Shown in pieces: positions 28,878-37,993 of a stretch of DNA of 64,000 nt. The DNA is from a virus. The number at the start of each line of letters is the position of its first letter. Position 1 is the first letter of the stretch. The stretch lies in IMG/VR virus record IMGVR_UViG_3300031754_000001, positions 1 to 64,000 of that record. One strand, written 5' to 3'. A program made the position numbers and the translations under genes. Below the pieces are notes generated by a model. That model had not been told where the DNA came from. It ran no database searches and worked only from the letters and a program-made list of their open reading frames with translations.

Positions 28878-29150
28878 ATGAGCATGTCAACGCGGGTGGC
28901 CGGATTCGCCCCGCCGGATGGGACCTGGCAGTCCATGCAGGCCGTGTGGAACTCCTGCCATGCGGCCGGGGTCCAGATCCCGCAAGAGGTCGCCCGGTTC
29001 TTTAATTACGAAAATCCCGACCCGGCCGGAGTACAGATACCGCTACCGGTGCGCAAGTGGAACGGCGGTCTCGACGGTGCCGGGTACGAGCTGGACGTCG
29101 CCGACATCCCGCCGCAGTGCAAGACCCTCCGGTTCTGGAATTCCTGGTGA
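28878..29150 (+). CDS. hypothetical protein
   Basis: MSMSTRV..LRFWNSW, 90 aa. Confidence 0.7.
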   Translation: MSMSTRVAGFAPPDGTWQSMQAVWNSCHAAGVQIPQEVARFFNYENPDPAGVQIPLPVRKWNGGLDGAGYELDVADIPPQCKTLRFWNSW

Positions 29151-29252
29151 CCCGGGTCAGGCCCTAACGGGCCAGGCGCAGGGCCGTCCCGGTGACCCGC
29201 GCCCATTCCCCGCTGCGGAACATGTACGGGTGCGCGGAGCGGATCAGCGCGC

Positions 29253-30371
29253 TCACAGCATGAGCGGCGTGAGCATCGCCAGCACATCCTCCTGGCTGCC
29301 GAGCCAGTCCTGCCCGGACATCAGCCCGAAACTCTCGCGCTGGCCGGGCTGCACTTTGACCACGTTGGTGGCCGGCTCGGTGCCGAGCACGCTGGTGGCG
29401 GCCAGCTCCCACCAGCAGAAGTGCACGTCCCGGGCGGCGGCCCAGTCCAGGAACTGCGGGAACCACCCGGTGCCCAGCGCCGCGGTGCTCACGTCGGTGC
29501 TCGTGCCGACTTCGCCGATCCACAACGGGGCCTTCCCCTGCGTGACCAGGTACCCGCCGTTGGCGTCCATCTGCGCGACATAAGATGCCTGGGACTGCCC
29601 GGCGCCGTGGTACCAGCTGTAATCGTGCATCGAGTAGACGATGTTCGCGCCGGTCACCGGCTGGGCGCCGGCCCTGGCCAGGTCGCCCGCGTAGTTCAGG
29701 CCCTCGCAGAAGATCAGGCAGTCCGGGTCGATGGCCCGGATCTGGCTGGCGTGCCAGCTATACATCCGCTGGAAGTCAGTGCCCCACACCCCGTCACCCC
29801 AGGTCGGCGTCAGGGTCACGCCGCCGACCGTGGCTGCCCGCGGCTCGTTCTTGAGGTCGTAGCCGATCATCGGGTTGCCCTTGAACCGGTCCGCGATCAC
29901 GAACCAGGTGTCGGAGAACGTGGAGCTGGGCCAGGTGTCGTTATACCACAGGCCCTGCTTGTCGACGGTGCTGCAGCACCAGCCTTCGTGCAGCTGGTGG
30001 CAGACCGCGATGACGTACAGGCCCGCCGCGGTCATGTCGTCCGCCAGCACCTGGTACACGCCCCACGGGGTGAGACCCTGCAGGTCGCCGTTGGCCGACA
30101 GGCGCGCCTCGTCGGCGAGCCCGGTCTTCAGCGTCCCGTTGCTGGTAACGAACGTGCCGAGGGCGAACGGGAACCGGACGTGGTTGAACCCCCAGCTGAT
30201 GATCCGGTCGATGATCTGGTTGCGGGGCAGCTTGTCCAAGCCGTAGGGCAGCAGCCCGTCCTGCTGGGCGCCGCCCCAGTTCACCCCCGCCAGCCGTACG
30301 GGATTACCGTCCGCGCCGAGGATCCTGGCGCCGGAGACGGACAGGGGGAAGGCAGTGGCTGGCAGTGTCAT
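29253..30371 (-). CDS. glycoside hydrolase family 5 (cellulase-like)
   Basis: VRLAGVNWGG, GFNHVRFP, YDLKNEPR (acid/base), YSMHDY, WIGEVG (nucleophile). Confidence 0.9.
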   Translation of the reverse strand: MTLPATAFPLSVSGARILGADGNPVRLAGVNWGGAQQDGLLPYGLDKLPRNQIIDRIISWGFNHVRFPFALGTFVTSNGTLKTGLADEARLSANGDLQGLTPWGVYQVLADDMTAAGLYVIAVCHQLHEGWCCSTVDKQGLWYNDTWPSSTFSDTWFVIADRFKGNPMIGYDLKNEPRAATVGGVTLTPTWGDGVWGTDFQRMYSWHASQIRAIDPDCLIFCEGLNYAGDLARAGAQPVTGANIVYSMHDYSWYHGAGQSQASYVAQMDANGGYLVTQGKAPLWIGEVGTSTDVSTAALGTGWFPQFLDWAAARDVHFCWWELAATSVLGTEPATNVVKVQPGQRESFGLMSGQDWLGSQEDVLAMLTPLML

Positions 30372-30579
30372 GAAGCTAGGGTAGCCGTCCGGACCAGATG
30401 CGGACGGCAATGAAGGCCCCCGTACCGCTCTGAGTTCAGGCAGTGCGGTACGGGGACCTTCGCCAGGGTCCGCTGTATGGATCAGGGAGATTAGTCCCCG
30501 TTCTTCTCTATCCAGGCTCGGGCGATCGTGTGCGGTCTGCGGGCGTCCAGGTTCGGCGGCAGTTCCGGGCAAGCCACGG

Positions 30580-32235
30580 TTACAGGTCGCCCCGGCCGTG
30601 GTTAGCCAGCAGTTCCGGCACCGCGCTGTCGAAGCCGCTGATGTCGATCTGCCGCGGGTCGTCCGGGTCGGCGATGGAGAACTCTGTGGGGACCACGGCG
30701 ATGACCTGCAGCCGGGCGTCGATGCCCATCTTCTGCCGGTAGTTCTCCAGCGCCTGGTGCGGGTGGATCGAGCCGAACCAGGTCTCGTTGTCGGTGTAGC
30801 ACTGGAACACGTCGACCTCCACCCGATTCCGCAGCGCCCAGACCATCGGCGCGGCACAGTCCGTGCTGCCGCCCCAGCTCTGGGACATGACCCGCATCAC
30901 CTGGTCCAGCCGCATTCCCGGCGAGACCTGCAGCGGGTACAGCTCAGAATTGAACCCGTAAAGGCCGTACCGGGGCTCGGTCGCCATCTGGACCATGGCC
31001 ATCGCGCCCGCGATCTCAGCCGCGACAAACGGGTAGCCCTCACCAGGCGGCACGTTCCGGAAGTACTGGCTGGTGATCGGCCAGCCCATGGAACCGGAGG
31101 TATCGACAGCACCCATGACGCGCTTGCCTGCCGGGATCACGGCCGGGAAGGCCGCGTAGAAGGCGCCGGACAGCGCGTCGCAGACCTGCGGGACGGGAAC
31201 CCACGTGGAGTCGCCCTTCGCCGACCGTCCGGCCGCGTAAGTCCGCAGCGCGATCAGGATGGCGACCGGATGGACCCGCGCCGCGGCCAGCCGGGCCGGG
31301 TCGCGCAGCTGGTCGCAGATCACCCGGCAGTGCAGGCCGAGCGGGTCTAGCACGCCCAGCCGGGTCAGCTTCGGCAGGTTCCGCAGCAGCGCCGTCATCG
31401 GCAGCCCGGCGTCGGCCAGCGCCCGCCAGACATCCGGCTGCGATGTCGCCTCATCCGGCAGCGCCTCCCACGGCAGGCCCGGGTAGTCGCCGATCAGCCG
31501 CACGTAGGCAGCCGCCTTGGCTGCCGGCCTGCCGTCCCCGCGCTCGATCTCCCGGGCACGCTGGTAGGCCAGGATCCACTTTGGCAACTCACCGCGCTCG
31601 GTGACGCCCTTGGCCAGCCAGTTGAACAGGTCCCGGTGCGGCTGGTCCGCGTTCTTCGTGGAGTGCGCGGAGCGTAGCACGTCCAGGTGCGTCCAGCCCT
31701 GCCGCTGCCGGTACTTGACCAGCTGGTAGGCCAGCTCCTCCGGGTCCTGGTGCAGGTACCAGCCCGCGAACGCGCGCCGGGCCACCGGACCCCAGCCGCG
31801 GAACTGCTCAGTGTACTTGGCCGCGGTGAACAGGTGCGTGCCCGTCCGGACCACCCGGTCGAAAGCCGCGGCGGCGGACCGGCGGCCCTCGGTGTCGCCC
31901 AGGGCCATGGCCGTCATGACGGCGAACAGGGCCGGGTCGTTGCGCGGCGCGCGGCCGGCTACGGAGATTTCTGTCGCCATCGCGACCAGCTCCGCCGGCC
32001 GGTTCCGCGCCCAGTCCAGCAGAATCGAGCCGTTATCCAGTGCCAGCGGGCGTGCCTTGACGTAATACGTGCCGCTGTCCGGGACGCCCAGGGTCAGGAA
32101 CCGGTTGATCCGGGAGGCGCCGGGGATGGTGAAGGTGAAGCTGCCTGCGTTATTAGCCTTCTGCCGGGGATCGGCCTGCTCGCGCTGGGGCGTAGCGGCG
32201 CCCCGCGTCCTGATCAGCTCCAGTGCGTCGGCCAT
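30580..32235 (-). CDS. rsr: Ro60/Rsr TROVE-vWA RNA-binding protein
   Basis: NNAG..RFLTLG..GTYY, RTGTHLF, VKYRQRQGWTH.D.LR, LPWE, ARVHP, vWA VDTSGSM, TDNETW. Confidence 0.95.
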   Translation of the reverse strand: MADALELIRTRGAATPQREQADPRQKANNAGSFTFTIPGASRINRFLTLGVPDSGTYYVKARPLALDNGSILLDWARNRPAELVAMATEISVAGRAPRNDPALFAVMTAMALGDTEGRRSAAAAFDRVVRTGTHLFTAAKYTEQFRGWGPVARRAFAGWYLHQDPEELAYQLVKYRQRQGWTHLDVLRSAHSTKNADQPHRDLFNWLAKGVTERGELPKWILAYQRAREIERGDGRPAAKAAAYVRLIGDYPGLPWEALPDEATSQPDVWRALADAGLPMTALLRNLPKLTRLGVLDPLGLHCRVICDQLRDPARLAAARVHPVAILIALRTYAAGRSAKGDSTWVPVPQVCDALSGAFYAAFPAVIPAGKRVMGAVDTSGSMGWPITSQYFRNVPPGEGYPFVAAEIAGAMAMVQMATEPRYGLYGFNSELYPLQVSPGMRLDQVMRVMSQSWGGSTDCAAPMVWALRNRVEVDVFQCYTDNETWFGSIHPHQALENYRQKMGIDARLQVIAVVPTEFSIADPDDPRQIDISGFDSAVPELLANHGRGDL

Positions 32236-32260
32236 GACCGTCCCCTTCCCTGTCGTGAAA

Positions 32261-32757
32261 AACAGGAGCCCGCGAGCGTATTACGGCAACCGGAGCGCTA
32301 TCGCGCCTGATTAGGAGTCAGGAGATAACCGACTGCCATCCGGCCCGCGGGGGGGTTCCTGTTCTTCAGTTGTGCTGGCAAGCGTATTGGTGAAAACCGG
32401 TGTTTTACGCGCTCTAGTGCTGAGCTACGGGGCTGTCCGCCCCGGCGAGGAGTTCCACCTCGCGGCCTCGACCTCCGCAGGGTGATAACCAATTCTCGTC
32501 CGGCCTGCCAGTGTCTTGCTGACGAGCGTATTGAGAGCACCGGGGAACCCTCCTTACGGAGGGGCTGGGGCTTCTCTGACCCCGGATGGGCTTGCGCCCT
32601 GGCGAGATAACCGATTCTCATCCGGCCCGTCAGTAAAGCAGAGCTGGCGAGCGTATCAGTGACAACCGGGTCCCTGCCATCAGGGAAGGGCCGGGATTCG
32701 CGTCCCGAGCCCGGAGGAGTCGAACCTTCGGTAACCGATCATCGTCCGGCCCGCCAG
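32261..32757 (-). ncRNA. array of four Y-RNA-like RNAs (32261-32363, 32374-32512, 32518-32634, 32644-32757)
   Basis: Shared arms GGCCGGAYG..YGGTTA and CCGGT..ATACGCTYG pair into a bulged terminal stem; variable interiors; directly upstream of rsr. Confidence 0.8.
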
Positions 32758-32788
32758 AAGCTATATCCATAGCGTGAGCATTATTAGC

Positions 32789-32858
32789 TGGCCCGGCGGG
32801 AGTCGAACCCGCGTCCCCGGCTTAGGAGGCCGTTACTCTCTCCTCTGAGCTACGGGCC
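32789..32858 (-). tRNA. tRNA-Arg(CCT)
   Basis: Cloverleaf; anticodon loop CTCCTAA. Confidence 0.9.
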
Positions 32859-32860
32859 AT

Positions 32861-32936
32861 TGGAGGCGGAACCCGGAATCGAACCGGGGTGACGCGTTTT
32901 GCAGACGCGGGCCTGTCCTGACTCGGCCATACCGCC
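32861..32936 (-). tRNA. tRNA-Cys(GCA)
   Basis: Loop CTGCAAA; encoded CCA. Confidence 0.9.
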
Positions 32937-33006
32937 GGGAGGGCACCCCGTTCAGTAACGGATGCTCGCGCAGGGCCGTCGCTAGGACGAGCCTTCACGG
33001 GATGCC

Positions 33007-33081
33007 TGGTGCGCCCGGCAGGATTCGAACCTGCGCTCACGGCTCCGGAGGCCGTAGCTCTTTCCCCTGAGCTACGGGCGC
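33007..33081 (-). tRNA. tRNA-Arg(CCG)
   Basis: Loop CTCCGGA; encoded CCA. Confidence 0.92.
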
Positions 33082-33305
33082 GTGCTATCTGACTGCCCGG
33101 TATCCAGCCGGGTCACGACGGAGGAAGGCTGCCGGATTACCGTCACCGGGCCGATTTCCCAGTCCTGCCTGCAGGCGTCGTCCAGGATCACGCCTGCCGC
33201 CTGGGTGATCGAGATGCCTGCCTGCTTAGCCTGGGTGATCAGGTAATCGTGCGTTTCGGTGCGGACTCGCAGCTGTGTCGTGAACCATCCGGGCGTGTCT
33301 GCCAT
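33072..33305 (-). CDS. small ribbon-helix-helix-like protein
   Basis: TQLRVRTETHDYLITQAKQAGISITQAA; TAGCAT 6 nt before ATG (leaderless). Confidence 0.6.
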   Translation of the reverse strand: MADTPGWFTTQLRVRTETHDYLITQAKQAGISITQAAGVILDDACRQDWEIGPVTVIRQPSSVVTRLDTGQSDSTRP

Positions 33306-33378
33306 ATGGACATGCTACGCCATCCTATTTACCAGGCCAGAAGATTCGCGGAAGAGTTCCGGTAGATCGCTGAACTAG

Positions 33379-33462
33379 TGGCGGAACCAGGTGCCGACCC
33401 TGGCATGCCCTGAAGGACGACGGTTTTACGGACCGCTGAGCGCGCCGGCGCTCACTCCCGCC
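33379..33462 (-). tRNA. tRNA-Tyr(GTA), divergent
   Basis: Loop CCGTAAA; long variable arm; atypical D and T loops. Confidence 0.7.
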
Positions 33463-33535
33463 TGGGGTGGCTGACGGGGACGAGCCGCATAATCCAGGCC
33501 CACAACCTGGTGCTCTACTGTGAGCTACAACCACC
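33463..33535 (-). tRNA. tRNA-His(GTG)
   Basis: G-1; loop TTGTGGG; CCA; divergent T loop. Confidence 0.8.
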
Positions 33536-33536
33536 G

Positions 33537-33607
33537 TGCCCGGCGACGGAATCGGACCGCCGTAACGCGGGTGTGGACCGCGTGCTCTCCCATTGAGCTA
33601 GCTGGGC
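33537..33607 (-). tRNA. tRNA-Val(CAC)
   Basis: Loop TCCACAC. Confidence 0.8.
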
Positions 33608-33689
33608 ATTATGCTGACTGCGCGAGGCTCCGGGTACCGATCCAGCACAGGGTGGGTGCGCGCGAACCGGAGCCTCGCGTTAGTCATCG

Positions 33690-33761
33690 TGCGCCCAGGA
33701 GGAGTCGAACCCCCATTGCCGGATCCGTAGTCCGGAGCCCTGTCCTTTAGACGATGGGCGC
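33690..33761 (-). tRNA. tRNA-Arg(ACG)
   Basis: Loop CTACGGA. Confidence 0.9.
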
Positions 33762-33772
33762 TTGGCACTGCG

Positions 33773-33845
33773 TGGTCACACCTGGGATCGAACCAGGGTC
33801 CTCTGCCTTGTCGGGGCAGCGCTCATGCCGCTGAGCTACGTGACC
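33773..33845 (-). tRNA. tRNA-Val(GAC)
   Basis: Loop CCGACAA. Confidence 0.85.
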
Positions 33846-33949
33846 AGGTGTCCCATCCGCCGGGGAGCGGTTTCGCCTGGCGGTTCCCCCGCTGCCGCGC
33901 GCAGCGATACGGGGGCCTGCCCGGACAAGCACCAGGGACCGGGTGCTCG

Positions 33950-34024
33950 CGGCCGAGACGGGGTTTGAACCCGCGGTCTTCACCTTGACAGGGTGACGGG
34001 GACTCCTGGCTCCCCTACACGGCC
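33950..34024 (-). tRNA. tRNA-Asp(GTC)
   Basis: Loop CTGTCAA. Confidence 0.88.
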
Positions 34025-34037
34025 ATGCGGTATTGCG

Positions 34038-34111
34038 CTCCGGTGACTGGACTCGAACCAGTGACCCTCCGCTTAACAGGCGGTTGCTACTGCCGACTGA
34101 GCTACACCGGA
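34038..34111 (-). tRNA. tRNA-Asn(GTT)
   Basis: Loop CTGTTAA. Confidence 0.9.
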
Positions 34112-34124
34112 TCATGTGACTTCG

Positions 34125-34196
34125 TGGCGGAGACCGGATTTGAACCGGTGTGTCCTGGGTTATGAGCCCTGGCTGGGTGACCGAGCCCCCTCCGCG
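34125..34196 (-). tRNA. tRNA-fMet(CAT)
   Basis: Unpaired C1; GGG/CCC anticodon stem; loop CTCATAA. Confidence 0.8.
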
Positions 34197-34223
34197 TCGT
34201 ATGGCACCAGCATAACCGGTGCC

Positions 34224-34304
34224 TGGTGACGCTGACGGGAATCGAACCCGCGTCTGTCTCTGCTTGAAAGGCAGGCCGCCCCTGGCCATCAGAGCAACAG
34301 CGCC
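34224..34304 (-). tRNA. tRNA-Glu(TTC)
   Basis: Loop CTTTCAA; CCA. Confidence 0.8.
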
Positions 34305-34366
34305 ATGACCAGGGGGGCCGCTGGTCTCGGCTCCCCGGCGAGCTGGCCGGGGACTAGCCCGTGATG

Positions 34367-34441
34367 TGGTCCTGGAGGGACTCGAACCCTCGGTCTCCGC
34401 CTTGAGAGGGCGGCGAACACTCCAGCCTGCTCCGCAGGACC
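34367..34441 (-). tRNA. tRNA-Glu(CTC)
   Basis: Loop CTCTCAA. Confidence 0.88.
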
Positions 34442-34508
34442 ATGTGAACTTGTGAAAGCGCGGAGACTATCAGCCGGGCCTGCGCGTGACCTGCGGAAAC
34501 GTAATCTG

Positions 34509-34582
34509 CGCGCCGACGAGGACTCGAACCTCGGGCCGTTCCCTTAGAGGGGGACCGCTCTGTCCGGCTGAGCTACCGGCGC
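34509..34582 (-). tRNA. tRNA-Arg(TCT)
   Basis: Loop CCTCTAA. Confidence 0.85.
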
Positions 34583-34607
34583 CTGGTAACGATATCACTA
34601 CACTCCG

Positions 34608-34679
34608 TGGGCCGACAGGGGTTCGAACCCTGGACGCGCGGGTTAAAGGCCCGCCGCTCTGCCGCTGAGCTACCGGTCC
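34608..34679 (-). tRNA. tRNA-Lys(TTT)
   Basis: Loop CCTTTAA. Confidence 0.85.
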
Positions 34680-34725
34680 CTGCTTATGAGCAGGAACTGT
34701 TTCGTGATCATGATCAGATGCCTCC

Positions 34726-34802
34726 TGGTGCGCAGGGTGGGACTTGAACCCACGATCTTCGGATTATGAGTCCGGCGCCTTGACCAGCTTGGCCACCTGC
34801 GC
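34726..34802 (-). tRNA. tRNA with CAT anticodon (Ile2 or Met)
   Basis: Loop CTCATAA; CCA. Confidence 0.88.
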
Positions 34803-34812
34803 CTGGAAATCG

Positions 34813-34885
34813 TAGCGAGAGCGGGAACCGAGCCCGCGGCCTCTGCCTTATGGGGGCAGCGCTCTGCCAGCTGAGCTATCTCGCT
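34813..34885 (-). tRNA. tRNA-Met(CAT)
   Basis: Loop CCCATAA; T loop CTCGGTT. Confidence 0.78.
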
Positions 34886-34886
34886 A

Positions 34887-34963
34887 TGGTGGGGTTGGTT
34901 GGACTTGAACCAACGGTCTCTTCCTTATCAGAGAAGCGCTCTAACCAGCTGAGCCACAACCCC
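34887..34963 (-). tRNA. tRNA-Ile(GAT)
   Basis: Loop CTGATAA; CCA. Confidence 0.92.
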
Positions 34964-34985
34964 CCTGGGTACTGCGCGCACTGCG

Positions 34986-35076
34986 CGGAGGAGGTGGGAT
35001 TTGAACCCACACGGGGACTCCCGCCCCCTGACTGTTTTCGGGACAGCTGCCGTTAGGCCAATCGGCTTACCCCTCC
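34986..35076 (-). tRNA. tRNA-Ser(CGA)
   Basis: Loop CCCGAAA; long variable arm. Confidence 0.85.
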
Positions 35077-35415
35077 TGGTGAATCAGGCGTGCTGCCATG
35101 CCGCTAGGCGAATCTTTCGGGCGAGGCCCCCGCGCCGGGGCGTGATCCGCACACCGTGTTCCCGGCTGGGCAGTGTCCCGCGATCCCGGGCGCCTGGTTG
35201 CCCGGACGGGAGTAACCCCTGTTGTGGTGCCCTCGGGGTCGTCACGCCCCTGCAGGCTCCCCGGCATTACGGGGCCTCTTACTGAGCTAACCGTGCGCAC
35301 GGCTTGCCGCCAGCGCCAGATCTGCCTGCCTGACCGGAACCCCGGAAGACCCCGGCTGGGCCAGTAACTCCAGGCAACCACCGTAATCCAGTTACGCGCC
35401 GGGGTCAACCATGCA
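35077..35415 (-). ncRNA. large structured ncRNA candidate (possibly GOLLD-like)
   Basis: About 340 nt between two Ser tRNAs; many hairpins; no credible ORF. Confidence 0.45.
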
Positions 35416-35420
35416 CGAAG

Positions 35421-35505
35421 CGGAGGGCGCGAGATTCGAACTCGCGAGGGACAGAGCCCAACCGCCTTTCCAGGACGGCGCCATAGGCCTCTAGGCGAGC
35501 CCTCC
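35421..35505 (-). tRNA. tRNA-Ser(GGA)
   Basis: Loop CTGGAAA; long variable arm. Confidence 0.9.
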
Positions 35506-35517
35506 AGGTACGTCGAG

Positions 35518-35607
35518 CGGAGGATCGGGGATTTGAACCCCGGAGGGCACATACGTCCCAACTGCATTAGCAGTGCAGCGCCATGGGCCAGGCTAGGCGA
35601 ATCCTCC
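35518..35607 (-). tRNA. tRNA-Ser(GCT)
   Basis: Loop CTGCTAA; long variable arm. Confidence 0.9.
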
Positions 35608-35677
35608 AGGTGTACTGCAATCTTGCACCAGATTTTGTATCGTAGATCCAGGAAAAAAGCCTGTGAAAGGAAGGCAG

Positions 35678-36547
35678 ATGACTGGTAACCAGTACGCGGT
35701 GCACAGCCGGCAGATCGCCGCCAGGCTCCGGCAGTTCCGGATCGAGTCCGGGCTCAGCGGTGAGGCGGTCGCGAACCGGTTCGGGTGGTCGCCGTCCAAG
35801 GTTTCCCGGATCGAGCTGTTCCGGACCGGGGTCAGCCTGCGCGACCTGCGCGATCTCCTGGACCTCTATGAGGTCGGCGGACCCGAGCGGGAAGCCCTGG
35901 ACTCACTCGCCGGGAAAATCCGCGGCCGGGGACCCGATGACTATTCCGAGGCGGTCATGACCCAGGAATGGTCCGTGACGGCGCTGCCCGCTCCCGTGCG
36001 CACGGTCGCCTATGCCCGCGGGGTCTTCCGGGCCGCCCAGCCGATTACCCGGGTAGTGGTGCGCGACATCGAGCACGAGATACAGGCCACCATCTTCCGG
36101 CAGATCCGGCTGGCCAGGAGCGAGAACGCGGATCCGATGCTGCTCCGGGTCTGCCTTGACGAGGCGGTGCTGAGCCGCCGGTACGGGGACGAGGCCGTGA
36201 TGACCGCCCAGCTCACCCGGCTGACCGAACTCGCCGCCCAGCCGAACATCACGCTGCGGGTGCTGCCGCTCAGCACGCCCGTGATCCGGCCGCCTAGTTT
36301 CTCCCTGTTCCACTTCACGGGCAGTGAGACGGAGGAACTGGTCATGCCCGCCTTGTCGGTGGAGCACGTAGAGGGAACCTGGGTGCCGGGCTCGGACGAG
36401 GATACGTACCTCTACCAGGTGACCTTCGGTCATCTCTGGTCGCTGGCGCTGCCGGAAGACGAGACCCTGGCCGTCATCCGGCGGCTGTGCGAAGTGTCCG
36501 AGGAGGGACTTGAACCCTCACGTCCCTTCCGGGACACACGGGCCTGA
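35678..36547 (+). CDS. XRE-family HTH regulator with DUF5753-like domain
   Basis: LRQFR..SGLS..VA..FGWSPSKVSRIE; LDEAVLSR..G..VM.AQL.RL..QPNITLRVLP; actinomycete-type family. Confidence 0.88.
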   Translation: MTGNQYAVHSRQIAARLRQFRIESGLSGEAVANRFGWSPSKVSRIELFRTGVSLRDLRDLLDLYEVGGPEREALDSLAGKIRGRGPDDYSEAVMTQEWSVTALPAPVRTVAYARGVFRAAQPITRVVVRDIEHEIQATIFRQIRLARSENADPMLLRVCLDEAVLSRRYGDEAVMTAQLTRLTELAAQPNITLRVLPLSTPVIRPPSFSLFHFTGSETEELVMPALSVEHVEGTWVPGSDEDTYLYQVTFGHLWSLALPEDETLAVIRRLCEVSEEGLEPSRPFRDTRA

Positions 36548-36580
36548 ACCGTGCGCGTCTTCCAGTTTCACCACCCGGAC
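36495..36580 (-). tRNA. tRNA-Leu(CAG)
   Basis: Loop TTCAGGC; long variable arm. Confidence 0.9.
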
Positions 36581-36833
36581 ATGGGGATCACGACGTCGAT
36601 TTCCTGTTGCGGAATCGCATGAGGTTCAGTCAGTACGGCCGGCGCCAGTTATCCCGGTCGTGATCCTGCTTGGGTGAACCAGGCCCTTACACAGCAGGCA
36701 CCCCGGGCTCGCGCGGCTCGCCTGCTCCGTTTCCTGGCTGCTAAGTCGCGTTTCGCCAGGTAACACCCTTCTCCGGCCTGCTCGCGCAGTGATCTGCCAG
36801 AGGATCTACCCCACCTGGGGGCCTGGTTCTCCG

Positions 36834-36906
36834 AGCGGATGACGGGATTCGGACCCGCGACCCCCACCTTGGCAAGGTGATGCGCTACCAGCTGCGCTAC
36901 ATCCGC
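36834..36906 (-). tRNA. tRNA-Gly(GCC)
   Basis: Loop TTGCCAA. Confidence 0.9.
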
Positions 36907-37116
36907 ATTGGATGCCGCTCGCCCCGGCATTACCCGGGTTCTCGGGTTTCCCGTCAGGAACCGGACGGCTAGCCGCGGTAAGCCAGCTAACCCGTTTTGC
37001 GCCCCTGTCCGGCTGCGCTGATCTCACAGCCTGGAGAGGACCAGCACGACGGGATCAGTTCCGCCGTACGAGGTCCGGAGGCCGGAACGCACCGCCTCCG
37101 CCTTACCGTTTAAACG

Positions 37117-37189
37117 AGCCCCGACCCCGGTTCGAACGGGGGACCTGCGCCCTACCATGGCGCTACTCTGCCGGCTGAGTTACCGGGGC
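37117..37189 (-). tRNA. tRNA-Thr(GGT)
   Basis: Loop ATGGTAG. Confidence 0.85.
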
Positions 37190-37257
37190 ATGCTGGGCGG
37201 TAAAGACGCCCATGGACAGCCGCTGACATTCTGGGACTGTCCTGATCTGTCCACAAG

Positions 37258-37329
37258 CTGGGGTACCAGGATTCGGACCTGGACTGAGAGGGCCAAAATC
37301 TCTCCGGCTGCCAGTTACCGCATACCCCA
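37258..37329 (-). tRNA. tRNA-Gln(TTG)
   Basis: Loop TTTTGGC. Confidence 0.82.
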
Positions 37330-37400
37330 TGGAGCCGTTCCCCGGTGCTACCCCGGGCCGCCCGCCTTACAGGGGCGAGGTCGCGGCTGCGCGCAACGGC
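37330..37400 (-). tRNA. tRNA-Thr(TGT), divergent
   Basis: Loop CCTGTAA; shrunken D arm; non-canonical T loop; CCA. Confidence 0.65.
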
Positions 37401-37401
37401 C

Positions 37402-37490
37402 TGGTGTCCGAGGCGGGACTTGAACCCGCACGCCCCTTCCGGAGCACTAGCACCTCAAGCTAGCGCGTCTACCTGTTTCACCACCCGGAC
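37402..37490 (-). tRNA. tRNA-Leu(GAG)
   Basis: Loop TTGAGGT; CCA. Confidence 0.92.
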
Positions 37491-37494
37491 TCAG

Positions 37495-37562
37495 AGCCGC
37501 CCCCCGGTGCTGATCCGGGTCTCCCGCCTTACGAAAGCGAGGCCGCAACCGTGCGCGGCGGC
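37495..37562 (-). tRNA. tRNA-Thr(CGT), divergent
   Basis: Loop TTCGTAA; shrunken D arm; T loop ATCAGCA. Confidence 0.65.
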
Positions 37563-37566
37563 ATTG

Positions 37567-37639
37567 CTGGGATACCTGGATTCGAACCAAGACTACGAGG
37601 GCCAGAACCTCGCGGGCTGCCTGATTACCCCATACCCCA
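37567..37639 (-). tRNA. tRNA-Gln(CTG)
   Basis: Loop TTCTGGC. Confidence 0.9.
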
Positions 37640-37652
37640 TTGGTACTGCCAG

Positions 37653-37726
37653 TGCCCGGGGCGGGAGTCGAACCCGCACTGTTTCGCTTTTGAGGCGATC
37701 GCTCTGCCTGTTGGACGTACCCGGGC
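37653..37726 (-). tRNA. tRNA-Leu(CAA), short variable arm
   Basis: Loop CTCAAAA. Confidence 0.82.
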
Positions 37727-37921
37727 AATAATCAGGCAATAGCATGGTGCAGATCAGGCACCTACCACAACGGGACTCGGCTGCACACCGCTTACCCGTT
37801 CCTTTGCGTCCTTCGCCGCCGTATCCGTGCCAGGCGAGCTGGCGTGCAGCAACCCGGTTCCCGGCATACGGCAGGACCGAGCGCCACCCGCAGATCCTGA
37901 CAACCTCGGTGCCTGATCTCG

Positions 37922-37993
37922 TGCGCCGCCAGGGACTTGAACCCCGAACTTGCTGGTTAAGGGCCAGCTACTCTGCCATTGAGTTAGCGGCGC
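37922..37993 (-). tRNA. tRNA-Lys(CTT)
   Basis: Loop CCCTTAA. Confidence 0.87.

Noticed and set aside
32261-32757. CRISPR array
   Set aside because: The repeats are paired arms around structured interiors of unequal length; there are no cas genes; the Ro60 context explains them.
35077-35415. tmRNA
   Set aside because: No Ala-type acceptor stem with an adjacent T arm and no tag ORF is recognisable.
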